Assembly (NCBI GenBank): GCA_965198115.1
Contig: OZ240241.1
Span: 3,200,001-3,264,000 of the forward strand
Length of the DNA stretch: 64,000 nucleotides
Reading direction: 5' to 3'
From: Candidatus Latescibacterota bacterium
GTDB lineage: Bacteria > Latescibacterota > UBA2968
How positions within the stretch are numbered: the first letter of the stretch is position 1; each line of letters opens with the position of its first letter. The translations under genes were made by a program, and so were the position numbers. Positions 8,876 through 19,483 of this stretch are shown here, in pieces. The notes under the pieces were generated by a model. It ran no database searches and was not told the DNA's origin. It was given only the letters and a program-made list of their open reading frames with translations.

Positions 8876-10324
8876 TCACCGCTGAATCTCCCGATCGATC
8901 AGACTCTCCATCCCGCCGGATGGCATCGACCCGATGTAATGCCCATTCACGAAGAAGGTCGGCGTCGAATCGACGCCCAGTGCGTCGCCCTCCTCCATAT
9001 CCTCGGCCACCACCCGGGCACCGGCTCCCGATTCCAGACAAGCACCGAGCAGGGTCACATCGACACCCACCTCCTCCGCGTGCTGTCGAATCGTCGCCTC
9101 ATTCAGATGATCCTGCTTACCGAAGAGTCGATCCGCGACGTCCCAGAACATCCCCTGCTGGTGGGCACACGCAGCGACTTCGGCCGCAAAACGGGCGTGC
9201 CTGTGTCTCTCGAGCGGATAGTGTCTGAAGATGAGGCGCACATCACCCGGCCGTCTCTTCACCAGTTCGCTTAAATGGGCGTGTGCCCCGGCACAAAAGC
9301 TGCATTCGAGGTCGGAGAATTCGACGATCGTCACCGGTGCATTGGCAGCCCCCTTCTCGGGGCCGTTTCTCGGGTTCGGGTCGAAAGCAAACCGCTCGGA
9401 CAGGGGAGGAATGTAGAAGGTATCGTAGTGCTTCTTGAGCCGGGCAACATAGGCCTTCAAGGCCGGTTCGCTCTTCAGCTGACGAAGTTCGTGACGGATG
9501 GTGCTTTCGACCTCCGTCAGCGTCGTTCCCGGTTTCAGTCGGTGTCGAATCTGGCCCCACCGCCTGTCGATCTCCTCCGCCGTAATCTCTACTTTGCCGC
9601 GGACTTCGCGGTTCACCAGCGCTCGAGCGGACAGCCCTTCTTCCTCCGCTTTCGCTTCCAGAACCTGTCGATCCAGCCAGTCTTGCCGAAGCTCGGCTCT
9701 GACTTCGTGCAGCTTGACCCGAATCGCGTCGTCCATCTCGACTCGTGTGATCTCCCGGTCGCCGATTCGGGCCACGACCTCTGCGGGTGCGCTCTGGTAC
9801 GAACGAGTGTGGTGAACGGCATCTTCCAGAGGGACGTAGAGTAGGGGCGGCACCACGATCGCGAGACCGACGGGAATCGACTCGCGCGAAATCCACAGCC
9901 TGCGGGCGTCGCCGACGTGGTGGTCTCTTCGCGCGCTCCACGCAACCCCCAGCAGCACCAGTGTGATCAACACCGACAGCAAACAGAATGGACACCAGGC
10001 CTCGATCACGATAGCCTGCTGATATACGAGGAAAAGGGAGGGAACAGCGCCAACCGCGGCAAGAATCAACGCCGTATGCATCGCGTCGGCCCTGTCTTCA
10101 CGACGAAGGGCGCGCCAGGCTGTGAAGACGATGGCGAGGTAAAGTCCGAGACCGAAGGTGGACAGCGGGATACCCATCATCTTCGAGTACGGACTGCCCA
10201 TCACCTCCCCGCAGCCGGACCCCGCACCGCACGCTTCTGCCCCGAACAGATGGGCATAAGTCAGGTAGGCAGCGTCCATCGCCCCAAGGACCGAGAGTAA
10301 GAGCAGAGTGAGAGCGGCGGTCAC
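8876..10324 (-). CDS. VKOR + helical linker + DsbA-like thioredoxin fusion
   Basis: VKOR loop cysteines (CGAGSGC) and WCPFC; C-terminal IVEFSDLECSFC...RHYPL...GVDSTPTFFVNG. Confidence 0.85.
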   Translation of the reverse strand: MTAALTLLLLSVLGAMDAAYLTYAHLFGAEACGAGSGCGEVMGSPYSKMMGIPLSTFGLGLYLAIVFTAWRALRREDRADAMHTALILAAVGAVPSLFLVYQQAIVIEAWCPFCLLSVLITLVLLGVAWSARRDHHVGDARRLWISRESIPVGLAIVVPPLLYVPLEDAVHHTRSYQSAPAEVVARIGDREITRVEMDDAIRVKLHEVRAELRQDWLDRQVLEAKAEEEGLSARALVNREVRGKVEITAEEIDRRWGQIRHRLKPGTTLTEVESTIRHELRQLKSEPALKAYVARLKKHYDTFYIPPLSERFAFDPNPRNGPEKGAANAPVTIVEFSDLECSFCAGAHAHLSELVKRRPGDVRLIFRHYPLERHRHARFAAEVAACAHQQGMFWDVADRLFGKQDHLNEATIRQHAEEVGVDVTLLGACLESGAGARVVAEDMEEGDALGVDSTPTFFVNGHYIGSMPSGGMESLIDREIQR

Positions 10325-10374
10325 ATTCCTCCTCCATCACGTTCCCATACTGCTTGCGCGATGGCCGTCTGCCA

Positions 10375-11028
10375 TCACGCAAGCGCTTTCATTCTCACGT
10401 TCCGATACGCCACCGGACCGTGATCACCCTGGAGCATCAGCCTTCCCAGGGGTTGCTCATCCTCGAACGCGGCGGCTCGCGTGAAACCCCCGACTTCAAC
10501 CTGTTCGTGTACGACCTCGTCGTTCCAGACGACGCGCTCGAAACATGCATTGTCCACCTTCTCTTGCCCATCGAAGCGCGGTGCTCGAAACGTGATGTCG
10601 AACGACTGCCATTCGCCGGGCGGACGACTCGCATTTACGTTGGGCGGCGTCCCGCCCACCGGCTGACCGTCGATCCACTGACAGTAGATGCCTCCGCACG
10701 TGCCGTACTTGAGGTCGGGTGCTCCCCAGCTGTCGAGCACCTGGACTTCGTAACGACCCATCACATACACACCCGAGTTCGACCCTTCTGGAACGACGAA
10801 TTCGACGTGCAGCTCACAATCTCCGTGTGTAACGCTCGAAATCAGATCCGCTGTCCGACCCGAGGGACCGTTGTAGAACACACCCTCCCCTTCCTCGATC
10901 GAGAACCGCTTCGAATCGGCTGGATCCAGTTCTACCCCGCCGATCACGCCCCAATCGTGCTCGCCCTCTGCCGAACTCTCCCATCCGGAAAGATCCTTCC
11001 CCGTAAACAGCTCATTCCAATCTGCCAT
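10375..11028 (-). CDS. DUF1080 (3-keto-disaccharide hydrolase-like) protein
   Basis: LFTGKDLSGW, NSGVY, YEVQVLDS, GEWQSFDI, LQGDHGPVAYRN. Confidence 0.9.
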   Translation of the reverse strand: MADWNELFTGKDLSGWESSAEGEHDWGVIGGVELDPADSKRFSIEEGEGVFYNGPSGRTADLISSVTHGDCELHVEFVVPEGSNSGVYVMGRYEVQVLDSWGAPDLKYGTCGGIYCQWIDGQPVGGTPPNVNASRPPGEWQSFDITFRAPRFDGQEKVDNACFERVVWNDEVVHEQVEVGGFTRAAAFEDEQPLGRLMLQGDHGPVAYRNVRMKALA

Positions 11029-11062
11029 CGCCTGCCCTCTCTCGATCGTTGAAAACCCACAT

Positions 11063-12011
11063 GGTCAAGTCCCATAGTCAGTTGAAACTCATCGGGCCCC
11101 GTGTAGTTTGGTCAGGCTCTCAACATTCTCGCGCTTGTGCCACTGACAGCGATGAACGCGCACATACCCTTTGAGGGCTTTGGTGACAGCACTGCGGAGC
11201 CCCTTTGAGCCGTCAAGCACAACGAGGAGGCCTTGATCGTAGCACAGGCCTCTCCGGATGAGGTCCTGGATCAGCTGGCGGCAGATCCGTTCGTTCTCCG
11301 TCGCCGATTCGACGAAGCCCAGGGGGATCTTCTGGCCGTCCATCGTGACCCCCGGAGCGATCACGATCTCTTCGTCGGCAAAGCTCTTTCCGTCAATGAA
11401 CAGGGTCACGAAGCCGTAGTCGTCGAGGGGACGCTCCTGGAACTGCTTCCGCTTCTTCGCGGTGGCTTTGATGAACCGCCGCGAGACGGAGGACGCTGAG
11501 ATACCAAACGCTTCTGGAACCGATTCGGCACAGGCCTTGTAGTTGCGGCACGAGATCCCCTTGAGAACACGAAGCAACAGCCCCTCGTCCGTCTTCTTGG
11601 GCGTCTGTAGAGCCCGGTATGCAGCCAGGGAAACCTCTGCGTCGGCCTCGACGTCGCGCACCCGGGGAACGTCTAACGGGAGCTTCTGGTCCATCAGATA
11701 CACGGATCCCTTCTGGCTTCCCCACCGACGATGCGCCTGCTCCGAACCTTTGCGCGCATACCGAACGCCTGCGAGCTGCTCGACCTCCTGCTGGAGGAGG
11801 TCTGCCACTGCCTCCAGACCCAACGGGATCAACGCCTGGATCACCGACAAACGCGTCTCCAAATCGATGACATCGCCCTCAACCTTGACTTCACCATCGC
11901 CTACAAATAGCTTCTCCATCTGGGCTCCTTTCTTACGGGTATACGCTCCTACACGTCTACCCAACGTAAGTTTGGAGCCCTCTAAGTTTCAACTACGATA
12001 GGCACAACACC
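11063..12011 (-). mobile_element. IS256-family IS, internally deleted copy (949 bp)
   Basis: Ends GGTCAAGTCCCATAGTCAGTTGAAAC / GTTTCAACTACGATAGGCACAACACC; 8-bp TSD ACCCACAT; lacks about 440 bp relative to 62296-63682. Confidence 0.9.
11089..11919 (-). pseudogene. IS256 transposase, C-terminal third deleted
   Basis: LFIDG, VVLDGSKGL and RCQWHK present; TTNCIE segment absent. Confidence 0.85.
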
Positions 12012-12213
12012 ACCCACATCGGCGAGACAATTTATCGCCTGTCCCACGAATCCGCACGCGGATTGCGTAGCTCTTGTCGAAAGACTTTCGGGTTTGTGCA
12101 AAACCGAAAAGGCCGCATCTTGAGATGCATCATTCAGCACGCTATAAGCGATCGAGATGACCTACCCGTTTAGACAAGCCTGCGATCGAATCGAAGAAGA
12201 GGAGAAGTGAGCC

Positions 12214-13059
12214 TTGTTGGATGCCGCTTGAGCGAAGGAACTTCGCCGTCAATTGATCGAGGACGGGTATTGCCACGTCCCGAACGTCGCGCCGCTGGAC
12301 CTGATCGAGGACATACGACTGAAGACTGACGCGATCGCCGAGAACCTTCCGGAAGAGGAAAAGGTGAAGCGGCGTCTTCATGGCTCGTTGGTCAGCGTCT
12401 ACGACCACGAGGAGATGCTCCCCATCATCACCTTGTCGGGAGCGCTCAAGGTGCTACGCGAACTGGGCTATCCCAAGGCGAGATTCTACAGCGGCTACAT
12501 CATCAGCAAACCGCCAGAAGTTGCGCCCCCGTTGTTCTGGCACCAGGACGGTATTCTCTGGGACCAACCGATCAGCTACACAGATATTCCCCACCAGTTC
12601 TTCCTGATGTACTACCTGATCGACACCAACCGTGAAAATGGCTGCCTTCGCGTCATCCCGGGATCGCATCTGAACCGGCATCGGTTGCACGGCTTCCCGC
12701 CCGCGCAATCGATCGAGTTCAACAAGTCCGATGAGGACAGCCACCCGGCCCTTCAAGAAGATCCCGACGAAGTCGACGTACCTGCCAAAGCCGGTGATCT
12801 CGTCATCGGCGACGCCCGGCTGCTTCACTCCGCACACCCGAATCGCTCGAGCCAGCGGAGAACGGTCATCACGCTCTGGTTCTGTCCCACTTTCTATGAA
12901 ATGCCCGAAAACATCCAGGCATTCTACGGACGCCACAGGGAGCAGCTCGACCAATGGAGCAATGAAGGCAGGGAAACACTCGCTGCCCTCCGCACCTCCT
13001 ACTCGGGAGGCGTTCAGCCCGCCACGGGAACGCGCATTCCCGATGAACGGCTCGCGTGA
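12214..13059 (+). CDS. Phytanoyl-CoA dioxygenase (PhyH) family Fe(II)/2OG oxygenase
   Basis: WHQD, NGCLRVIPGSH, LLHSAHPN. Start uncertain: TTG 12214 has a GAGGAG RBS but a TGA at codon 6; TTG 12253 is the alternative. Confidence 0.85.
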
Positions 13060-13092
13060 CCCTATCCGCTCCGACACCCAACCCCCCGCCTT

Positions 13093-13995
13093 ATGAAATC
13101 CCTCTGCTTCGGCGCCGTCCTCTGGGACCTGATCGAGGGTGAAGAACACCTGGGCGGCGCGCCTTTCAACCTAGCCGTACACTTGCGACGGCTTGGCTTC
13201 GACTCGTACATGGTCTCGTCCATCGGCGCCGACGATCGCGGGGATCGCATTCGTGACGAGATCCTCCGCCATCGCATCGACGACACCTGGGTCAAGCAGG
13301 ATCCAGATCATCCCACCGCGATCGTGACCGTCAACATCGACGCAGCGGGACACTCGACCTACGTCATCCACGAAGACGTCGCCTCCGATCACATCGAGCT
13401 GACCGAAGACGACGTCTCCCGAATCTCGGAGATCGATCTCGACGTCGTCTGCTACGGCACGCTGGAATCGCGTGGCGACACAACGCGACGGTCGCTCTTC
13501 CGACTGTTGGACGCCGTCGAGGAGAAGGAAGAGACGCGCGCGTTCTGCGACCTGAACCTGCGCCAGCACTACTACAGCGCCACGCTCATTCGCGACGCGC
13601 TCGTCTACTGCGACATCCTCAAGCTGAACGACGAGGAGGCGACCGTCGTCAGCGAGCTGCTCTTCCCAAGCCAGACATTCGCCAGCGACCGTGATTTCGG
13701 CACCGCCGTTTGCCACGCCTTCGATCTGGAAGTAGCCGTCATCACGCGAGGCGAGCGCGGCTGTGTCGTCACCACACGCAGCGAGGCGATCGAAGTACCG
13801 GGCGTCGAAGTCGACGTCGTCGACACAGTAGGCCCGGGCGACGCCTTCAGCGCGGCCTTCCTCCGTGAATACCTATCCGGAGCGGCCATCGACAGAGCGG
13901 CGGCGAGGGCAAATCGGCTGGGGGCGTTCGTGGCTTCGAAGCGAGGGGCGCTGCCCGACTACGATGAGGAGATCGAGCAGGAGTTGGGGCTTTAG
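13093..13995 (+). CDS. PfkB-family carbohydrate kinase (fructokinase-like)
   Basis: GGAPFNLA, DLNLR, LKLNDEE, VDTVGPGDAFSA. Confidence 0.9.
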   Translation: MKSLCFGAVLWDLIEGEEHLGGAPFNLAVHLRRLGFDSYMVSSIGADDRGDRIRDEILRHRIDDTWVKQDPDHPTAIVTVNIDAAGHSTYVIHEDVASDHIELTEDDVSRISEIDLDVVCYGTLESRGDTTRRSLFRLLDAVEEKEETRAFCDLNLRQHYYSATLIRDALVYCDILKLNDEEATVVSELLFPSQTFASDRDFGTAVCHAFDLEVAVITRGERGCVVTTRSEAIEVPGVEVDVVDTVGPGDAFSAAFLREYLSGAAIDRAAARANRLGAFVASKRGALPDYDEEIEQELGL

Positions 13996-14076
13996 GGGAA
14001 GTTGCCAGCCGTCGGGCGTCAGGGAAAAGCAGGCCTTTGCTTCATCAACCCTCTCTGTGTCCTCAGTGGTTGCCTT

Positions 14077-15213
14077 TCACGTTCCGTCTGGCGTGACGGA
14101 GGCATCCCAGCTGCCCAACGGATCGCCATCGTGCTTCAGCCAGCGGTCCATCCAGCTGAGGCACGCCTCCTGCGAGAGATCGGGAATGGCGTGGCCGTCG
14201 CCGAACACGAGGAAGGCGTGGGCGTCCTCGCGACCCAGGAGGCGATAGAGCTCGTGTAGCTTGAGATGCAGCATCACGCGATGGGCCTGGCCCGTCTCGT
14301 CGCCGTCGTTCAAGGCGAATCGCTCGAGCACGGGACGTGGAGCAATGAGCGAGAACATCTCGTGGAAATCGCACTGGACCTGGCGTCCCGCGAGAAAGTC
14401 TTCTCGAATTTGCGGGAAGTAGATATACCAGTAATCCCTGGACCAGTGAAGCGGTTTCGGATTCTCGCGAAACGTCCCGCCACTGCAACTCGGCACCGCA
14501 CACTTGATCCGATCGTCATACGCGGCCAGAAAAACGCTGCCGTGTCCACCGAGCGAATGCCCGGTCACACCCAGACGCGATGCGTCCACGTCTTCGCGAG
14601 CGGCCAGAATGGACGTCGCGATCACACTGTCATACGTGTACTTGCCGACAGCTGACCAATCCGGATGCTTCCGATAGAGCGCGGCAGTCTCGTATCGCCC
14701 TTCTTCCGGTATACGCGAAGCCGAACAGAAATGTTCGGGCGAGATCGTCACATACCCACGCCAGACCTGCTGACGCGCGAAGTCCTTCCCAGCGACACCG
14801 CCACGTTGCTCGTCCGGGTCGCCCGGTTCCGGCAGCATTCCCAGCGTGCGACGTGCGCCCCAATTCGTCGTTCCGTGCAGGCAGACGACGCCGGGATATC
14901 CTCCGTCGGGCGGTTCACCGTCAGGGATTCCGATGTAGGCGTGGGTACGCTCATCCTCCTCCACCCAATAGCTCACGCGCTGAATTCGAAACCCGCCTCC
15001 ATCCCATTCGCGCTCGACCTCCAATTGCGGATCTACGGGCGGATCGGGCGCAGCCTCGTCACGAATCAGCGCGAGGAACCGCTCGCGAACCTGTTCCCGC
15101 TTGAGCGCCCAATCTTCGGCCGTCGCCACATCTGCCAGCAGATCGTCCCAGCTCGTCGTGATTGCCGTCGGTGTCCAGTCAGGGTGCTGAATGTCCTCGA
15201 CTTTGTTCGTCAT
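14077..15213 (-). CDS. Alpha/beta hydrolase (dienelactone hydrolase-like)
   Basis: VVCLHG, GHSLGG nucleophile elbow, LIAPRP, DGH; start set at MTNKVED. Confidence 0.85.
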   Translation of the reverse strand: MTNKVEDIQHPDWTPTAITTSWDDLLADVATAEDWALKREQVRERFLALIRDEAAPDPPVDPQLEVEREWDGGGFRIQRVSYWVEEDERTHAYIGIPDGEPPDGGYPGVVCLHGTTNWGARRTLGMLPEPGDPDEQRGGVAGKDFARQQVWRGYVTISPEHFCSASRIPEEGRYETAALYRKHPDWSAVGKYTYDSVIATSILAAREDVDASRLGVTGHSLGGHGSVFLAAYDDRIKCAVPSCSGGTFRENPKPLHWSRDYWYIYFPQIREDFLAGRQVQCDFHEMFSLIAPRPVLERFALNDGDETGQAHRVMLHLKLHELYRLLGREDAHAFLVFGDGHAIPDLSQEACLSWMDRWLKHDGDPLGSWDASVTPDGT

Positions 15214-15217
15214 CGTC

Positions 15218-17131
15218 CTATTCCCGAATAAAGATCTGTTCGTGAAAGACGGGACGGCTCCATCCGCGATATGGATCGATCGTCGTACTCTCCTTCGGCA
15301 CGTTGCCCAGCCGTGTGGACGCTCCCCAGACGTGGTAGGCAAACCCGGGAATCACCCGCGGGACTTCCTCGGCGAAGATGTCGCGGACTTGATTCATGTT
15401 CTCTCTTACCCGGGCGGTGTCCACCGTCGTCCCCGCCTCCTCGATCAAGCGTGTCGCTTCGAACAACCAGGCAGGACCGTCCGTCGCTGCTTCACGATGC
15501 CACTCCGGCTGGTTCTTACCCATCATGCCCCAAAGCTGACGTTTGACCAGGGCGTCATCGGCCGTGGACCACCACCAGTGGATTTCGAAGTCGCCCGAAT
15601 CCAATAGCCCGCCAATGATGTCTCGAAGCGCGATATACAGGTCGACCCGGATCCCGACGCTACGCCAATGTTCGGCCACGAGCTGACAGACATCGACTCC
15701 CATACCGGGAATGACGTCGAGTGTGATCGAGAAGGGAGAGCCGTCGTCCAGTTCTCGGATACCGTCGCCGTCCCTGTCTGCGTAGCCAGCCTCTTCCAGC
15801 AGCTGACGGGCGAGCGGCGGGTCGAATTCCACATACTTCTGCGCGGCTTCTTCCGAGTAGAACCGACTCGACGGCCCAAACGTGTAACCCGCCGGTTGCA
15901 GCAAACCGTGATACAGGATCTCTCCGATTTCCTGTCGATTCATCGAGTGAGAAAGCGCCATCCGAACCCGTCGATCACGGAGGGCCCGGCGGAGCGGCAG
16001 CCTCTTCGCGTCGAAGTTGATCGTGAAGACGGAGACCGGAACGGGTGTACCCAGGTAGAGTCGGTATCTTCCCTTTCGTTCCTCCGATTTCAACGTCGAG
16101 AACATATTGATCTGAGCGTAACGCCCGAGAAAGTCGATCTCCCCGTTCATGAACTTCAGCAGGATCACCTGCGTGTCCTGGATGATGTTGAACACGAGCC
16201 GGTCGGCGTAGGGAAGCTGGTTCCCTGCACTGTCGACCTTGAAGTAGTAGGGGTTCCGTTCGTAAACAATACGCTGCCCGCGCGTCCACTCCACGGGCAT
16301 CCAGGCCGACAGTCGGGGTATCCCGGGCTTGTAGAGCATCTGTGCCGTCGTCGTGCTGTCTCGGAGCGCCTCGTAGCTCGCATTCGGATTGTATCGGGGA
16401 TGCAGCTCGGACAGGACGTGTTTCGGGAACGCGATCCAGTCGCTGCATAGCACGTCGAGAATACGGCCCAACGGCTTGTGCGATCGGATCCGAAGCGTTA
16501 CGTCATCCACCTTCTCCATTTGGAAGGGAACACCCTCGACGAGCCACGCGGCGGGAAACAACGGGTTCGCCCGCGCGTCGTCGTTGAGCGTCATATCGTT
16601 ATACCAGAAGAGAATGTCGTCCACGGTGAACGGGACACCGTCGGACCATTTGATCCCCTTCCGGATCTTGAAAATCGCCGTGCGCCCTTCATCCAGAAAC
16701 GTGTGGCTTTCGGCCAGATTGTAGAGAATGCTGTTCGGCAGCGGCCGCTCGTAGCCCATCAGATTTTCGTTCAACGTCTTGCTGACCCCTGGCGTTTGCA
16801 CGATGTCTCCCGTCAACGCCCTCCGGAGCATCCCGCCATATCGTCCGATCTCTTCCATCGGAACGACGACCAACGGGTTCCCCGGCAGCCGCTCCGAAAC
16901 CGGCGGCAAGTCTCCGACGCGAACGCGCTCCGCCAACATCGGTGCTTCGCCGAATGCTCTGTCCACAAGGAGGACAGGGTCGATCGCCAGCGGGGCCGTC
17001 GTCCTCTGCCGCCCAGATTCGTGCGTATCCGCCACGCCCGCTCCGTCCTCTGGCAACCGGTCTGACTGCAGACACCCGACCACGGTCCCGGTCAGAATGG
17101 AAAGCAGAACCCTGTGCCTCGGAGTCCTCAT
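15218..17131 (-). CDS. ABC transporter family-5 substrate-binding lipoprotein
   Basis: Lipobox-like VVGC; LPPVSERLP, KWSDGVPFTVDD, RNPYYFKVDSAGNQLPYAD. Confidence 0.9.
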   Translation of the reverse strand: MRTPRHRVLLSILTGTVVGCLQSDRLPEDGAGVADTHESGRQRTTAPLAIDPVLLVDRAFGEAPMLAERVRVGDLPPVSERLPGNPLVVVPMEEIGRYGGMLRRALTGDIVQTPGVSKTLNENLMGYERPLPNSILYNLAESHTFLDEGRTAIFKIRKGIKWSDGVPFTVDDILFWYNDMTLNDDARANPLFPAAWLVEGVPFQMEKVDDVTLRIRSHKPLGRILDVLCSDWIAFPKHVLSELHPRYNPNASYEALRDSTTTAQMLYKPGIPRLSAWMPVEWTRGQRIVYERNPYYFKVDSAGNQLPYADRLVFNIIQDTQVILLKFMNGEIDFLGRYAQINMFSTLKSEERKGRYRLYLGTPVPVSVFTINFDAKRLPLRRALRDRRVRMALSHSMNRQEIGEILYHGLLQPAGYTFGPSSRFYSEEAAQKYVEFDPPLARQLLEEAGYADRDGDGIRELDDGSPFSITLDVIPGMGVDVCQLVAEHWRSVGIRVDLYIALRDIIGGLLDSGDFEIHWWWSTADDALVKRQLWGMMGKNQPEWHREAATDGPAWLFEATRLIEEAGTTVDTARVRENMNQVRDIFAEEVPRVIPGFAYHVWGASTRLGNVPKESTTIDPYRGWSRPVFHEQIFIRE

Positions 17132-18138
17132 CGCTTTCGACCCGCCTCGTTTTCCATCTGCTCCGTCTCCGACTCCCGGCACAACGCCAGAGCCAATTCC
17201 TCGATACGCGACCGCTCGTCGAGTCCGCTCATCAAACGATCGGGTAACTTCCCAACGCCGATGTGGGCGCCGGCCAGGTTTCCGGCGATTGTCTCGAACG
17301 TATCCACGTCACCCCCCGTGCACAAGGCCCGTCTCACGACGCCCTCGAAGTCATCCGGTCTCCGCAGAAACGACCCCAAGGCCACGAGGAAGGTCACCGG
17401 ACCCTCGCCCGGAATGCCGCTTCCTCTCCGATGCGGGCGCAGCGGCATCTCGAGCATCGCCCGATAGGCCTTCTCTTCATCCAGCGCCAGCAGCTCCGGA
17501 ACCCGTTCGATCAGTCCCGCCGTCAACGCGTCGATCTTTCGGGCGGCGGATGCGGCCAGGCTGACGATGTCGTCCACGACAATTGACGTGCACGTCGCCA
17601 GATGACCGACGACGCAGGCACAGGCGACGGCAGGGGCCACGGCGCGTGGATCCTTGTGTGTCACGTGGCTCGCTGCCAGCGCAGCATCCTCGATCTCCTC
17701 TGGCCGACGGCCGTACCACAGTCCCACCGGCGCGATCTTCATCACCGCCCCGTTCGAGGGACGATCGGTCGACGCAGCGTCCTGCCACGGCACACCCGCA
17801 TCGAGCCGTTCGAGCGTTTCGCGGAACGCCTGTCCGTAACCGTAGAGCTCTCCGGCGCGCCACATCGTCAACAAACGTCGGGCAATGTCCTCGGGATCGA
17901 CGCCGCCACGATCGAAAATCGACTCGGCGAGCACAAGCGCCTGTTGTGTATCGTCCGTGTAGACCCCGGCGCGCCACGCCACCTCGCCGTGTCGGTTCAC
18001 CCTGTCGCGATACCCGGCTGTCAGATCGGCAACTTCCGCGATACGCTCGCGCGACCATCCCTCACAGAAACCGCCCAGGGCGTCACCGATGGCGCCGCCC
18101 AGCAGCGAGCCGATGAATCGATCTTTCAGATCTTCCAT
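17128..18138 (-). CDS. ADP-ribosylglycohydrolase family protein
   Basis: GGAIGDALG, YTDDTQ, SNGAVMK, GGDVDT. Confidence 0.9.
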   Translation of the reverse strand: MEDLKDRFIGSLLGGAIGDALGGFCEGWSRERIAEVADLTAGYRDRVNRHGEVAWRAGVYTDDTQQALVLAESIFDRGGVDPEDIARRLLTMWRAGELYGYGQAFRETLERLDAGVPWQDAASTDRPSNGAVMKIAPVGLWYGRRPEEIEDAALAASHVTHKDPRAVAPAVACACVVGHLATCTSIVVDDIVSLAASAARKIDALTAGLIERVPELLALDEEKAYRAMLEMPLRPHRRGSGIPGEGPVTFLVALGSFLRRPDDFEGVVRRALCTGGDVDTFETIAGNLAGAHIGVGKLPDRLMSGLDERSRIEELALALCRESETEQMENEAGRKR

Positions 18139-18479
18139 TGAGACCTTTTAGAAACGCTATAACGCAGAGACCGCGGGGAACGCAGGGAAGAGCCCGAAGG
18201 AGGATAAGATCACTGAAGCTGCCCTGCCGCAAAACAAGAATGGACCCTCCCTCACATTCGTTCGGGACAGGCTCCTAAGAGGGTACCGGGGTGACAACAT
18301 TGTCGCGGCGCAAGGTCTTTGTTTTCAGCATCTGTTACAAACACGAAAAGGCCCCAGTCGATTTGACCGGGGCCCAAGAGTTGGACCGCAAGGGCTTAAC
18401 GCCCTCTGTCTTTTTAGGTGAAAGGCCGTGCCCGTCTGCGGTCCATATACCTATTCGTTTATATCGGCATCAATTCCTT

Positions 18480-18662
18480 TCAGGCCACGAGCCTGGCGTA
18501 ACTCGAAAGAACGATGTAGCGCGACCCCGTCCAGGGATTCCCCTGTCGTACGACGAGCAGGTGGTTCCCCTCGTGCCCTCGGCGAATCTCTTCGACCTCG
18601 CCGATGATCCAGTCTTTGAATTCGTGCGTGAAGCTGACGGTGTCTCCGGGCTGGAAAGCCAT
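18480..18662 (-). CDS. Small hypothetical protein (60 aa, possible SH3/KOW-like beta fold)
   Basis: MAFQPGDTVSF... with GGGAGG RBS. Confidence 0.55.
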   Translation of the reverse strand: MAFQPGDTVSFTHEFKDWIIGEVEEIRRGHEGNHLLVVRQGNPWTGSRYIVLSSYARLVA

Positions 18663-19061
18663 ATCAGACCTCCCGAGACGAGACGGTGGACGCTCGCTGC
18701 GATTCACTAGATATACGTCGCAAAGTTCGTGCCCGAAACGCCCCCACGGAGCCACGAAAACCTAAGTGCATTTATATACTGTTACTTATCTTCTCAATCG
18801 AAAACACGCACTCTCCGAATCCGGCCCACCTGTATGGTCAAAAGTGCCATACTACGCTGACAACGTGTGCCCAAGGCCCGACATCTCCGTACCTGAACCG
18901 AATGGCCCGGATGGCCGATTTCACCCGAAAGTGGCGGTTATCAACAGCCCCAGGGACCCGTCGAGGCCAGAGTGGCCAACATCGAATCCGCATACTGCCA
19001 AATGGGCCTATTCCGCTCGATTTTTCGACCTCCAAAGGATCAAGATCGATCTTCCGGAAAC

Positions 19062-19077
19062 TGGCACGGTTCGTGCA
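19062..19077 (+). promoter_or_regulatory. Sigma-54 (-24/-12) promoter candidate
   Basis: TGGCACGGTTCGTGCA = GG-N10-GC, about 40 bp upstream of ATG 19115. Confidence 0.6.
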
Positions 19078-19114
19078 CCGAATAACGCTATCACTCCGTT
19101 TCCTGGAAAAAACG

Positions 19115-19483
19115 ATGGCACGCATCCTACTCATAGACGACGATCCCGACATCCGCCGGCCGGTCCGTATACAGTTTGAAAAGAACGGACACGTCGTAGC
19201 AGAAGCGAGCGACGGAGTCGATGGGCTGGCGCAGTGCCACGAGGACCCGCCCGATCTGGTCATCTGCGACATCCTGATGCCGGAAATGGACGGGTTCGAA
19301 ACCATGCGGACACTGAAAAAAGACTTTCCCGACATGCCGATCCTCGTCCTCTCGGGCAGCATCCACGCCTACCTCGATATGGCGCCCGATCTCGGCGCGG
19401 ACTTCGTCCTCAGCAAGCCTTTCCGCCTCAGCGCTCTGCAGCACGCAGCCTCCGAGCTCATCACCAAGGCTGACCACTTGTAG
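19115..19483 (+). CDS. Single-domain response regulator (REC)
   Basis: ILLIDDD, DLVICDILMPEMDG, LSG, KPF. Confidence 0.9.
   Translation: MARILLIDDDPDIRRPVRIQFEKNGHVVAEASDGVDGLAQCHEDPPDLVICDILMPEMDGFETMRTLKKDFPDMPILVLSGSIHAYLDMAPDLGADFVLSKPFRLSALQHAASELITKADHL

Noticed and set aside
12229-12231. In-frame TGA near the PhyH N-terminus as selenocysteine
   Set aside because: Not at a catalytic Cys position and no convincing hairpin; more likely a nonsense change or a downstream start
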